Assembly (NCBI GenBank): GCA_001778235.1
Contig: MFGJ01000008.1
Location: 61,313 to 125,312, forward strand
Direction of reading: 5' to 3'
DNA: 64,000 bases
From: Candidatus Falkowbacteria bacterium RIFOXYC2_FULL_36_12
GTDB lineage: Bacteria; Patescibacteriota; Patescibacteriia; UBA11705
The notes beneath the pieces were generated by a model. The model was not told where the DNA came from, did no database searches, and saw nothing but the letters and a program-made list of their open reading frames with translations. How positions within the stretch are numbered: position 1 is the stretch's first letter; each line of letters opens with the position of its first letter. Shown here in pieces: positions 10,483 through 20,096 of the stretch. Both the position numbers and the translations under genes were made by a program.

Positions 10483-10830
10483 TTATTGCAATCTATTTCT
10501 ATGAAACATCTCATTTTGCACTGCGCCAGCAACAAAATCACTTCTCTTCAATTCAGCCAGTTGTTCCTTGGCTTCTGATTCTTCATTCAAATATTGTCTA
10601 GCATCAGGCAACACAGCTTTGACTCGAGCACTCCATTTTTTAAATTCATCTTCAGTCAACACCCCCAAAACTGAAACAAAAACCTCTCTTTTCGCTTGGT
10701 TATAAAAATCAATAATTGGGATTTTCTTATCCTCTCTTTTTTTTAATAACTTTTGATGTTCGATTATCATCACCGCCAATCGGAAGGCTTTATTATCAAT
10801 TTTCATATATCCCAATTTAATCATCTTCAA
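10483..10830 (-). CDS. Hypothetical protein
   Basis: 115-aa ORF tightly packed in an operon with its neighbours; start may be MKIDN (10806). Confidence 0.6.
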   Translation of the reverse strand: MKMIKLGYMKIDNKAFRLAVMIIEHQKLLKKREDKKIPIIDFYNQAKREVFVSVLGVLTEDEFKKWSARVKAVLPDARQYLNEESEAKEQLAELKRSDFVAGAVQNEMFHRNRLQ

Positions 10831-10835
10831 AAAAA

Positions 10836-11228
10836 TTATTTTTCATCCAACTCCTTCCAAATCTCCTCAAAATCCTCCACATCCGCCTCAATTTCTTTAT
10901 TTGACTTTTTATGTTGTTCCTCTTCATCGTCAAATTCTTCCACTTCTTCAATTTTCTCTTTTGGCTCTTCTTTTTGCTTTTTTATTTTTTTATTTTCTGC
11001 TTTATTCTCTTTTTTAACCCAAGAATGTTTTTCCTTATTAAAAATCTTTTCCTGACTTGACCGCAAATAACCCCAAATCAAATTTACAAACCCCAACAAA
11101 TCAAAAATCAAAACCAGCCATAAATAATTTGACTTATCGCTGAAATAGACAATATAAGCTATTAACAATAAACTAAAACTGATTATTGTCCTAATTAACA
11201 ATTCTTTTTTTGCATCTATTTTCATCAC
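10836..11228 (-). CDS. Hypothetical membrane protein with acidic C-terminal tail
   Basis: Two TM segments followed by a K/E-rich tail. Confidence 0.65.
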   Translation of the reverse strand: MMKIDAKKELLIRTIISFSLLLIAYIVYFSDKSNYLWLVLIFDLLGFVNLIWGYLRSSQEKIFNKEKHSWVKKENKAENKKIKKQKEEPKEKIEEVEEFDDEEEQHKKSNKEIEADVEDFEEIWKELDEK

Positions 11229-11400
11229 ATTGTTCTATTCCAATTATACCATTAAATTTGATGATAAACAAAAATCCCGCACAAACTGGGGATTTCTTTA
11301 CAAATCAAAATAAACCAAATATCACACACAATATTTCAACATCACAATATTACAAACTCTTTCCAACCACAAACAATCTCATCCAAACCCACATATTTAA

Positions 11401-11540
11401 AGCATCGAAAGTGAACATCACGGGGGTCTGGGGGGATTCTGCGCGTAATCAATGCAATAGGGATGAACAATGCAATTCGCATTGAATCCCCCCAGCACTT
11501 TTTCGTCCTTTTTGGTGTCAAAAAGGACCCGCAACGCGGA
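11401..11540. repeat. GGGGTCTGGGG...CCCCAG / TTTTG-N4-CAAAA hairpin repeat element (uninterrupted copy)
   Basis: Similar sequence at 42948-43000, 43321-43465 and 54908-54975; hairpin GTCCTTTTTG-GTGT-CAAAAAGGAC at 11505-11528. Confidence 0.75.
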
Positions 11541-11679
11541 ACCGAAACAAATATCTCTATATCTCAATAGCAATGGTGACAAAAGCATGCACCGAACTTG
11601 CTCGCCCTGTCGCATGACAGGGCTTGCCATGCAATTAAACTTATTTACAGTGCGCAGTTTCGGTGTAACACGCAGAGCG

Positions 11680-11728
11680 CCTGCCTACCCTGCCTACCCT
11701 GCCTACCGGCAGGCAGGCGGCAGGCAGG
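11680..11728. repeat. Self-nested CCTGCCTACCGGCAGGCAGG palindromic unit
   Basis: (CCTGCCTAC)x3 followed by (CGGCAGGCAGG)x2; a single unit occurs in reverse complement at 43420-43439. Confidence 0.85.
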
Positions 11729-11842
11729 TAACCAATTACTTTACAAAAAGAATAACCCCCACAAATTAACAAAAAACCTTACTAAATCGTAAGGCTTTTT
11801 TCTAACCATATTTCCGACTTTATTTCCAACTTATTTCATCTT

Positions 11843-13189
11843 TCAATACTTCATTTCCGTTTTACACTCTAGACAAAATTCAGGTTTTGCACTGATTATT
11901 TTCTGTATATTATATGTTCCATATTTCGGTGCTTCGAGGAAACCCTGCATTGAAGCTTCAGCAAACCAACCAGTTTCGAGCAAATCATACAACCACTCAT
12001 TGGTATAGATTGGGTTTTCTTGCTCAACCCCAGAACCAATTTTAAAAAGCCAATTTCGGTTAAATTTTTCTTGGGACCCAATAGTTGGCGCCATAATGAT
12101 CGGCAATCCAAGTGCAGTATAAAAACTCAACTCACTCGGTTTTGTCCACAAAATATCAGTTTCTTTCAACGCCTTATTAAATTTTTTGAAATAATCTTCT
12201 TTTGCCGGAGAATGAATAATTCTAATTCCTTTATTTAAATATTTATTCATTTTTAACTTTCTAAGCTCTGATTTATAATATTGTTCTATATCCTTATGTG
12301 TTCCTGCCACCAAATATATACGCAAATCACCACTCTTTATTGTTTGAAATAAACTTTTTATAATTTCAATGCCTATTTCCTTTTGCGCACCAGCACCACC
12401 AACCGCAAACATCAAAGTCAATTTATGATTACTCTTTGTTCGAGGATAATTTTTCTCACCTAGATGTATTCTGATGGATTCATCAAATCGATTTAAATAT
12501 TTTTTATTTGGATCAAGATTTATCAAACGATTTGCTACATCATATTTCAAAACATCCAAATCAATACTTCCGAGATTTTCAACTGGCAAAGGAAAACCTG
12601 TATGAAAAATTCTTTCATCTGGCACTCCATACAATTTTAGTCTTTCAACCGCTCTAGTACTCGGAGCCAAATATTTTATTCTACTCATTCGTGGGTCAAG
12701 TGCTACCCAAGTTCGGCTAATATCTGTATCAGTCACCACGGCAAAAATTTCTCCAGGGTAATCAAATTTTTCAGCCATAAAAGCTGTAACAAAAAAAGTT
12801 GTAATTAAAGGCAATGGCTTTTTGCCCATTTTTTTTATCAAATGCTCTCCCCACTTATATTTCTCAATCATGTGATACATGTATTTCAGTTGCATATTTG
12901 GTGCAGACAAATCCCGTTTTGGATAAAATTCAGGTATCTCTTGAAATTTATCAAACAAATCAAAAGCTGCTTGACCAATAAGTGGAACTTTTTTAAATCT
13001 AGAAATAAACTCGTAAAATCTCCGACTCTCTTTCCAAACTTTCAAATCTTTTTCTGGAATGCCAGGATAATTATTAGCGTTTATAACCTTTTTTTTGTAA
13101 GCAATTTTTTTCAGTGGTGCTGCAGCTCGCTGATGACCATATCCCATATCAACCGCCACTACCCAAGCCTTTTGATGATTTAATTTCAT
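11843..13189 (-). CDS. GT-B fold glycosyltransferase-like protein (MGDG synthase/MurG-like)
   Basis: DMGYGHQRAA, VVTD, TGFP, TKPSELSF..LGLP..QEKFN. Confidence 0.75.
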   Translation of the reverse strand: MKLNHQKAWVVAVDMGYGHQRAAAPLKKIAYKKKVINANNYPGIPEKDLKVWKESRRFYEFISRFKKVPLIGQAAFDLFDKFQEIPEFYPKRDLSAPNMQLKYMYHMIEKYKWGEHLIKKMGKKPLPLITTFFVTAFMAEKFDYPGEIFAVVTDTDISRTWVALDPRMSRIKYLAPSTRAVERLKLYGVPDERIFHTGFPLPVENLGSIDLDVLKYDVANRLINLDPNKKYLNRFDESIRIHLGEKNYPRTKSNHKLTLMFAVGGAGAQKEIGIEIIKSLFQTIKSGDLRIYLVAGTHKDIEQYYKSELRKLKMNKYLNKGIRIIHSPAKEDYFKKFNKALKETDILWTKPSELSFYTALGLPIIMAPTIGSQEKFNRNWLFKIGSGVEQENPIYTNEWLYDLLETGWFAEASMQGFLEAPKYGTYNIQKIISAKPEFCLECKTEMKY

Positions 13190-13333
13190 ATTTATTTTTA
13201 CAAGCAAAAAATTATTCAATTCAATTATACCACATTCTTTGTATTAAATTCTAGATTGATTTTTTTTAAAACAAATAAATTACCTTCATCGGTAATCTAA
13301 ATATAAAATAATCAGTAAAAAACCATTTAATTC

Positions 13334-14491
13334 CTATTTTTTAACTTTTATAAAATACGCCGCCAGTATAGTTGCAATCGGCACAGCCATAGCCAATCCA
13401 ATACTTCCAACAAAGGCTCGAACGATTTCCGTTGCAATCATTTCATTATTAATGATTTGTGAAAAACTTACAAACGGATCCTGACGAACAGAAAAAATTA
13501 ATAGCAACGGCATTGAAGCCCCAGCATAAGCCAAAAACAAGGTATTGGTCATCGAACCAATGTGTGACACCCCGATTTTCATCGATCTTTTAAATACCTC
13601 GTAATTCGATAAGCTGGAATTAGCTTTTTTTATTTCATCAACAGCTGCAATTTGAGAAATCACTCCATCATCAAGTGCACCAAGAGTACCGATCATTATA
13701 CCAGCCAGTAGCAATCCACGAAAATTAATAATTCCTTTACCCAATCCAATCAAAAACATTGCTTCTTCATCAGAACTACCAGTCAACCTCGCCATATTAG
13801 TGAAAAAAATTGCCAATAAACCTGTTAACAGCAAGGAAATTACAATACTTGCAACTGCAAGATGAGATTTCCTATTCCAACCTTCAGTCAAATAAACAAT
13901 GATGAAAATAATAAAAACCGAACCAATTATTGTTATAAGCAATGGACTATCTCCAATCAATATACGAGGAATAATAAACCAGAGAATTACAAAAAAAGTC
14001 AAAACCAGACTTAGCAAAGCCTTTATCCCCTTCCACGATGCCACAAACACAATCAGCAAAACAAAAAATGCAACTAACCAAACTAAATAACCCTGACGCA
14101 CATAATCAGTAATAAAAAAGATATCATTGCCATCAGTATCAGGAGAATATAGCGCCAAAACCTTATCATCCTTTTTATACACATTACCACCAACAACATC
14201 CAGCTCACTTATCCCGAAATACTCAAACTCTTTACCAGCCCAATTACCATCCAATCCTTTTAATTTAAGATTTTGCTGAATAACAACCGAGCCGTCGCTT
14301 CTAGTCAAATCTCTCTGATCCATCACTTCAAGCACTTGTGCCTGAAAAACTTCCTGTTCAACTATTGGCGCTTGTTCAGCCTCCATCTCCACATTTACAA
14401 TTGAAACATTCTGCTCATTTGCAATTTCTTGTGCCAAAACATTATAGGGGAAAAAAGTCAGCAACATTAATATGATTAATAATTTTTTCAT
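13334..14491 (-). CDS. YibE/F family membrane protein
   Basis: Signal peptide, LLAGIMIGTLGALDD, SMTNTLFLAYAGASMP, EIVRAFVGSIGL. Confidence 0.9.
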   Translation of the reverse strand: MKKLLIILMLLTFFPYNVLAQEIANEQNVSIVNVEMEAEQAPIVEQEVFQAQVLEVMDQRDLTRSDGSVVIQQNLKLKGLDGNWAGKEFEYFGISELDVVGGNVYKKDDKVLALYSPDTDGNDIFFITDYVRQGYLVWLVAFFVLLIVFVASWKGIKALLSLVLTFFVILWFIIPRILIGDSPLLITIIGSVFIIFIIVYLTEGWNRKSHLAVASIVISLLLTGLLAIFFTNMARLTGSSDEEAMFLIGLGKGIINFRGLLLAGIMIGTLGALDDGVISQIAAVDEIKKANSSLSNYEVFKRSMKIGVSHIGSMTNTLFLAYAGASMPLLLIFSVRQDPFVSFSQIINNEMIATEIVRAFVGSIGLAMAVPIATILAAYFIKVKK

Positions 14492-15570
14492 AATTTATTT
14501 TCCAAATCCTGATTTTTTAGAATAATTTTATCCTCCAAACTTGAATCATGAACTTTTAGTCCATCTTTTTTAACCAATTGATTTATATTTTCAGCAATTT
14601 GTTCCAGTTCATCATTTGTTGGTATAATCAAATTAAATTCAGTATTACCTTCTGATAAAATTTTTATACCTTCAATTAATTTATTCAAATTATTGGAAAC
14701 CCGATTAGAATAAATTAAACTAACAATCACCACAATAAACAATGCTATCAGACTCACAAGACCTATTTGAATCAAATTCACTTGCATTACTTGATAAATG
14801 TCCACTGCCGGCCATTCAACTACCACTAACCAATTCAAATTACCAATCTCACTCACCGAGCCACTAACAATTTTTGAGCTAAGACCAATATAACTTTTGC
14901 CTGAAAGTAAATCAGTTTCTATGACAGAATAATCAAAGTTATTCAGATCAGCCTCTCCCAAATAGGCCAAAATATTTCTGTCACTGTCAACTATATAAGC
15001 ATAAGCTCCGGGAGCAACCAAGACTTCAGGTAAAAAACTTTCCAAATTTTTCAATTTTACTTTTGTTTTTATTACTCCGACTACAGTTTTCAAACTATTA
15101 ACTACTGGAGTTGCAATGATGATGTTTTGCTGATCTTCATCAGCTCTTCCGAGAAAATAATCACCACCAATTGCTCGCTTAAACATTTGATCTCCAACAT
15201 ACTTTTTATTTGTAACCACAAAATCAGAACTCCTAGTCAGAAGCAATCCCTCAACTCCACGACTATTGATAAATGAAACTTCTTGAATATCTGAATCCTT
15301 GTTTAAAATTTCTTGTAAAACATACCTTTGCTGTTCATCGGTCACCATTCCAATATTATCTTGAATTACCTGAACACTTGTTACTTCAAATTTTTGTTGA
15401 AAATAATCAGCTATATTTTCATTAATATTTTGCTGAATCTGAAGCTGAATTGTTTCTAAATTTTTTTCCTGAACCTGTTTTAAACTATAAATTGCCCAGC
15501 CACTTGAAATCACCAAAGGAATAATCGCCACCAGAAAAAAAAGCATGAGTGTTTTATAACGCATTTTCAT
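14488..15570 (-). CDS. TM-Cache-TM-HAMP sensor protein lacking an output domain
   Basis: Two TMs flank a Cache-like region (IIIATPV, AYIVD, WLVVVE); HAMP NDELEQIAENINQL; ends about 25 aa later. Confidence 0.75.
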   Translation of the reverse strand: MKMRYKTLMLFFLVAIIPLVISSGWAIYSLKQVQEKNLETIQLQIQQNINENIADYFQQKFEVTSVQVIQDNIGMVTDEQQRYVLQEILNKDSDIQEVSFINSRGVEGLLLTRSSDFVVTNKKYVGDQMFKRAIGGDYFLGRADEDQQNIIIATPVVNSLKTVVGVIKTKVKLKNLESFLPEVLVAPGAYAYIVDSDRNILAYLGEADLNNFDYSVIETDLLSGKSYIGLSSKIVSGSVSEIGNLNWLVVVEWPAVDIYQVMQVNLIQIGLVSLIALFIVVIVSLIYSNRVSNNLNKLIEGIKILSEGNTEFNLIIPTNDELEQIAENINQLVKKDGLKVHDSSLEDKIILKNQDLENKL

Positions 15571-15635
15571 ATAATCTAAATATATTTATAACAATATAAT
15601 AACACAAAAGCGCTCGACTGGCGAACGCTTTACCC

Positions 15636-15989
15636 CTAATTCATTTTTTTAAATTTGACTGAAAACACAGGCTCATAATTTGATTCGTATTTATCAGTTA
15701 TTTCAATCGGTTCACCTTTCATTATCGTAGTCAAAGCCAAATCACTTAACATTTGATTGTCCGTATCAATATCATCTTTTATATCTTCTAATTGCTGAAA
15801 TTCTGAACTAAAGTCCTCCTGTACTGACAATTCTAATTCTTTCTTCTTGGCTCGAGCAGTCTGAAGATTTTCCACCGCTTCCTTGTAACCTGGAGTTGTC
15901 TCGAGCGCGTCTTTGTAGGACATTTTTAATTCTTTTTGCTTTTGTTTTTTTTCTTGAATCCGATCAAAAATCTCTTGGATGTCTTTCAT
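15636..15989 (-). CDS. Hypothetical coiled-coil protein
   Basis: 117 aa helical, ending YEPVFSVKFKK; followed by a hairpin at 15607-15631. Confidence 0.75.
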   Translation of the reverse strand: MKDIQEIFDRIQEKKQKQKELKMSYKDALETTPGYKEAVENLQTARAKKKELELSVQEDFSSEFQQLEDIKDDIDTDNQMLSDLALTTIMKGEPIEITDKYESNYEPVFSVKFKKMN

Positions 15990-16143
15990 AATGTATAACT
16001 ATATGATGAATAATAATCGCATTATAACACAATATAATTATCATTTACAAAACATCTTAATAACTCTCTATTGACAACCACTGCATTTTGTATTATATTA
16101 TTATTTTCCAAGTGCATCGCCAAGCAGGAAGAGGAGCTAACCA

Positions 16144-16428
16144 ATGTGGATGCGCGAAGATGATAATATGCCTCATGGACCAAGGTTTGTAAGGAAAATC
16201 GCCAATGAAACAATTGTCATTCTTGTTCTTTTCTCTGATGATATCATTGCTTTTACCATCAATAACGGACAAATCGAGAGACTCTCGAGAAAAACCAATC
16301 AATCTGAACCTGAATCTGAACAAGATTTTTTGAAGCGTGCTATTGCTCACTGCGACTCACTTCTCTCTGTGCACAACATTGAACCAGAGCATGAACAATT
16401 TCTCCAAACAGCCTTTATCCAAGTTTGA
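16144..16428 (+). CDS. Hypothetical protein (orphan, own promoter and SD)
   Basis: TTGACA(16071)-17-TATATT(16094) promoter and GAGGAG SD before ATG. Confidence 0.65.
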   Translation: MWMREDDNMPHGPRFVRKIANETIVILVLFSDDIIAFTINNGQIERLSRKTNQSEPESEQDFLKRAIAHCDSLLSVHNIEPEHEQFLQTAFIQV

Positions 16429-16473
16429 GTAACATCTCAAACTTTTTTGAACCAGATTAATTTATTTTAAATT

Positions 16474-17568
16474 TTATCCATTGATGAAATCTCTTTTTTT
16501 CCCTATTTTCGAAGACAGCCTTCTCTCATATTCAGCCAAAGCAGAACTCACGACTTCACTTATTGAATTCCTAATCTCAAAAATTTTAGCTTCTCTTTTC
16601 TCTCTATCACCACTAACTAATTTGTCCAAATATCCCTTTTTCCCAGCCTCTCGCATAATTTCATCAACATAAGATTTCCTTTTATTTACAATCATTTGTT
16701 CAGGACTAACATATTCGCGGGTTTGCCTATCAAGCTCTTCTTTATTTTCAAATTTTAATTTAGTCAACTCATCTGAAGTTATCTTTTTACCATCTGGCAA
16801 TACAAATTTTCCTTTACTAAATAAACCAGTTGCTGGAGCCGCAGCATCTAACTCTTCAGATTTTTTACGAGCCTTATCAATAGATCCTTCCAAATTAACA
16901 AACTTAAAAGCATCGAACTCTCCTACTTGCTGTTCAAGATCAATTTTTGCTCTATCCATTATAGATCTACTAATATCATTTATCGCTTTTCTTGTTGAAA
17001 TTTCACTTTCCTTAGCTATTCCATCATTTTTTTTATCCTGTTTTTCTTTTTTTCTTCTACCAATATTCTCAACACTACTTTCAAGTTTAGATTTGAATCC
17101 TTTAAGAATTTCTTGTGCCGCACGAACTTCGTTAGCTTTCTTTTCACTCATACCACGAGTCCTATCAACATGAGCTTTCCAACCCTCATTTTTATCCAGA
17201 CTTACACCCGTTGCAGCTTCTCGACTTTTCTTGAGTTGAGTCAATCCCTCCTCAACCCGAACCTGGTCTGTCTCTGCCAAATTCAATTTACCAGCAAATT
17301 TATCAAGTGGGACTGTAAGTCTACTTATAATTTCATTCAAACCATTTTCAAATTGTGCTAACTCATCATCGCTCAAAGATCCTTCATTGTTTTGTAATCT
17401 TTGAATCATTTCTTCAGCAGTGCCTTTCAACGCATCAACAATTTTCTTAGCTTCCTGCATTTCTACGCTTAATTGTTCAGGCTTTACATTTTTCTCATTT
17501 TCAAAATTTTTAGTCCCCTCTTGTTTAACATCCACATTTTCACCTGCGAAAACCATATTATTAATCAT
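16474..17568 (-). CDS. Hypothetical coiled-coil protein
   Basis: 364-aa E/K-rich helical ORF. Confidence 0.7.
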   Translation of the reverse strand: MINNMVFAGENVDVKQEGTKNFENEKNVKPEQLSVEMQEAKKIVDALKGTAEEMIQRLQNNEGSLSDDELAQFENGLNEIISRLTVPLDKFAGKLNLAETDQVRVEEGLTQLKKSREAATGVSLDKNEGWKAHVDRTRGMSEKKANEVRAAQEILKGFKSKLESSVENIGRRKKEKQDKKNDGIAKESEISTRKAINDISRSIMDRAKIDLEQQVGEFDAFKFVNLEGSIDKARKKSEELDAAAPATGLFSKGKFVLPDGKKITSDELTKLKFENKEELDRQTREYVSPEQMIVNKRKSYVDEIMREAGKKGYLDKLVSGDREKREAKIFEIRNSISEVVSSALAEYERRLSSKIGKKRDFING

Positions 17569-17716
17569 TATTAATATTTTTTCTTAATTCAATTATCTTT
17601 TTATCATTAATTTTTTGTTTATAATCAGCAAATAATCTTTTCATTTCATTTTCTAAATGATCTATTTCTCTTTTAAATTCTCTTTTGTATTGATTTAATT
17701 CTTTTTGATTAATCAT
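17561..17716 (-). CDS. Small hypothetical helical protein (51 aa, below ORF-track cutoff)
   Basis: Manual translation MINQKELNQYKREFKREIDHLENEMKRLFADYKQKINDKKIIELRKNINND*; its stop overlaps the start of the next ORF. Confidence 0.5.
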   Translation of the reverse strand: MINQKELNQYKREFKREIDHLENEMKRLFADYKQKINDKKIIELRKNINND

Positions 17717-17907
17717 AAATTTAATAATTTTATCTGACTATTTTATTAAACAAATGTCTATTATATATGTTATCATATAATCATAAAAATGTCCTAATAC
17801 TCAAATACAGCTTAAAAAACAAAATAATCTGCGTCTCTACCTCCATTTCAGTAACATCTCAAATTTTTTTATTTAACAAAAAAACCAAATTAATAAGGTG
17901 TTTTATT

Positions 17908-17982
17908 TGGCTCCCAGACCAGGACTCGAACCTGGAACTTCGCGTTAACAGCGCGATGTTATACCGATTTTACTATCCGGGA
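17908..17982 (-). tRNA. tRNA-Asn(GTT)
   Basis: TCCCGGA/TCTGGGA acceptor, TCGCG-CT-GTT-AA-CGCGA anticodon arm, GGTTCGAGTCC, 3' GCCA. Confidence 0.95.
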
Positions 17983-17993
17983 ATAATATTGAC

Positions 17994-18060
17994 AAAAAAA
18001 GCCAGCTTTTGCGCTGACTCTCTTTTTTATATGAAATAAAATTACGAGAACAGCGCTGGC
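17994..18060 (-). terminator. Attenuator: mutually exclusive antiterminator and intrinsic terminator upstream of tRNA-Asn
   Basis: Terminator AGUCAGC-GCAAAA-GCUGGCU + U tract. The competing helix GCGCUGUUCUC/GAGAG-U-CAGCGC uses the end of the leader ORF. Confidence 0.75.
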
Positions 18061-18107
18061 CGACTATTATTATTGTTATTATCTAAATTTTTTCTTGAAT
18101 ATTTCAT
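18042..18107 (-). CDS. Asn-rich leader peptide MKYSRKNLDNNNNNSRPALFS
   Basis: Manual translation gives 6 Asn codons, 5 consecutive. ATG lies 8 nt after the -10 box (near-leaderless); the ORF overlaps the antiterminator strand. Confidence 0.7.
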   Translation of the reverse strand: MKYSRKNLDNNNNNSRPALFS

Positions 18108-18115
18108 ACAATAAT

Positions 18116-18145
18116 ACTTTAACACTATTTTCCTATCTCTGTCAA
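18116..18145 (-). promoter_or_regulatory. Sigma70 promoter for the leader-peptide/tRNA-Asn transcript
   Basis: TTGACA (18140-18145) -18 nt- TAAAGT (18116-18121), with extended -10 TG. Confidence 0.7.
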
Positions 18146-18151
18146 ATAATC

Positions 18152-19003
18152 CTAGGGTTCTAATATCCCTTCTGTTTGTCCATTAATGGAAATTACAACC
18201 GAATTAATCGTAGTAAACTGTTTCAATGTTTGCTCAATTTCAGCATAAATACCTTGAATCCGACAAGAACCAGCTACTTGATAATTTAACTGATGATCAA
18301 AATCAACTCTTGCCACTCCATTATCAATTGCAAGCGAATTCAATTTAACACCATCATTAATCATAGTCGTATAACCCTGATCCAATTCATTTTTTGTCGG
18401 ACCCGCCAATAACTGATCCAAAGTAGCTTCTTCCATCATTTGTGACAATTGTATCTGCCTTTCAAAAGGGAAAACTTCAGTACAATTTGTGCTATAAATT
18501 TTCGGGAAAAATACATTAGCTTTCACTGTTCTCTGCATCACTCCCAGATTAACAAAAAACGAATAAGATTTATCCATACTTGAATCACCAGAGGGATTAT
18601 CTTTCTTGAAAATAATTTTCAATTTTGTTGCTTCAACCGGTGGAACAAATTTTAATTCAGCCTGAAAAGGCACAAAATCATCTGTCATCCAATCCCCATC
18701 AGCCGTCGCTATTCCCGTTGCAACAGTTTGTCCGACCTGATCCTCCACTTCAATCGGAAAATCACCTTCAAAAAACCAATTACCTCTAGCTTTACCACGA
18801 ATTTGAATCGGCAAATCCACTTCCGATTCAGGGACAGGATAATCAATAACAATATCAACTTCCTCACCTTCAATAACATCAGTCAAACTATTAGGCACAT
18901 TTTCATCTATTTCCTGTGTAAACATATACAACCCAGCCACAATCAATAAAACCATGACCGACAGAATAATAACATAGCTTAATGTTTTCATAAAATTATT
19001 CAT
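18152..19003 (-). CDS. Gmad2 Ig-like + GerMN domain membrane-anchored protein
   Basis: GKARGNWFFEGDFP, DWMT.DFVPF, KDNPSG; LLAGPT..E..GY and AGSC...I..TL.QF..I.SV.ISING. Confidence 0.88.
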   Translation of the reverse strand: MNNFMKTLSYVIILSVMVLLIVAGLYMFTQEIDENVPNSLTDVIEGEEVDIVIDYPVPESEVDLPIQIRGKARGNWFFEGDFPIEVEDQVGQTVATGIATADGDWMTDDFVPFQAELKFVPPVEATKLKIIFKKDNPSGDSSMDKSYSFFVNLGVMQRTVKANVFFPKIYSTNCTEVFPFERQIQLSQMMEEATLDQLLAGPTKNELDQGYTTMINDGVKLNSLAIDNGVARVDFDHQLNYQVAGSCRIQGIYAEIEQTLKQFTTINSVVISINGQTEGILEP

Positions 19004-19081
19004 TATATTATATTTAAAACTTACACCATACAGCAAAATAACTCAATATTTAAAAATAAAAAATGAGAGCTGTTTCTCTCA

Positions 19082-19423
19082 CTATTTTGTACTAATTGCC
19101 AACTTATTTGGTTTACCAGCCTTAGCATCTTTTATGCCATCATAAAAAAATCCTTCAATTACAATAAAATCTCTGATTTCTTTGACACTAAATTTATGAT
19201 CCAGACAAAATTTCCTCACCGAAAATATTCTGATATCATTATCCTTCTTCGCTATCTGCAATGAGTAACCCAGGTTATAAGCATCATCACATATTTTCCT
19301 CAACCTCTCGGGTACGATCTTTTGCTTCTCTCGCAATACTATCACTGCTTTCGTATTCCTCTTTACCAACCAGATAAAAAATGCTAGCACAACAATAATT
19401 CCAACAACCAGATAGTTTGTCAT
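19082..19423 (-). CDS. Hypothetical membrane-anchored protein (paralog of 19420-19815)
   Basis: N-terminal TM, LR....AYNLGY and F.DG..D...G motifs; 4-bp overlap with the upstream ORF. Confidence 0.65.
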   Translation of the reverse strand: MTNYLVVGIIVVLAFFIWLVKRNTKAVIVLREKQKIVPERLRKICDDAYNLGYSLQIAKKDNDIRIFSVRKFCLDHKFSVKEIRDFIVIEGFFYDGIKDAKAGKPNKLAISTK

Positions 19424-19815
19424 ACTGCACCTCCATCCAGATTATCAATCACCCGACTTTCCCGATCAAATTGCTCCCATTCTTCAAATCCGATTTCTTG
19501 CAATTTATTCCTCGCAAAATTTTTCTCACCTCTCTGGCAATCATTAAAACCATCATGGAAAGCCTGTCTGATCAGTTGCAAATCTTCCAAATTTTCAATT
19601 CGGTTATTTTTCACAATCTGCCATCGCTTTATATCATCAATAGTAAAACCAACTGCTCTATTATTTTCAATTGAAGCCTGAAAATACCCGGCATCATAGG
19701 CCAATGCCCTAAGATAATCAATCTGTGAAATCCTGCATTTGTTTTTATAAGAAATTATTTTCACTAAAATAACCAGGCAAATCAAACACCAAACAACTTT
19801 CATCCATAGATCCAT
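19420..19815 (-). CDS. Hypothetical membrane-anchored protein
   Basis: TTGACA-17-TAAGCT promoter, AAGGAG SD, N-terminal TM, LRALAYDAGY and FHDGFND..RG. Confidence 0.7.
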   Translation of the reverse strand: MDLWMKVVWCLICLVILVKIISYKNKCRISQIDYLRALAYDAGYFQASIENNRAVGFTIDDIKRWQIVKNNRIENLEDLQLIRQAFHDGFNDCQRGEKNFARNKLQEIGFEEWEQFDRESRVIDNLDGGAV

Positions 19816-19901
19816 TGGCTCTCCTTTCTCTTTACAAGGAACAAAATATATTACAGCTTATCAACAAAAATTAATTTTGTCAATCAAAAAACTCCCAATT
19901 A

Positions 19902-20084
19902 TTAATAAGAAGTTTTTAACATCTTTATTACTTGACGCAAATCGCGAATCGTACTGCTAGTATGTAATACCATTACAAAATCACGATTAATCACATATTT
20001 CCAGAAATTTCTGCGAGCGGCTATGAGCTGAAATTCCAATTCAACCATACTCATCTGCGATACAAATAATCCTGCAAGCATCAA
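19902..20084 (-). CDS. Small hypothetical protein
   Basis: Strong SD AAGGAGG immediately after the upstream stop; 60 aa. Confidence 0.4.
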   Translation of the reverse strand: MMLAGLFVSQMSMVELEFQLIAARRNFWKYVINRDFVMVLHTSSTIRDLRQVIKMLKTSY

Positions 20085-20096
20085 AGCCTCCTTCCG

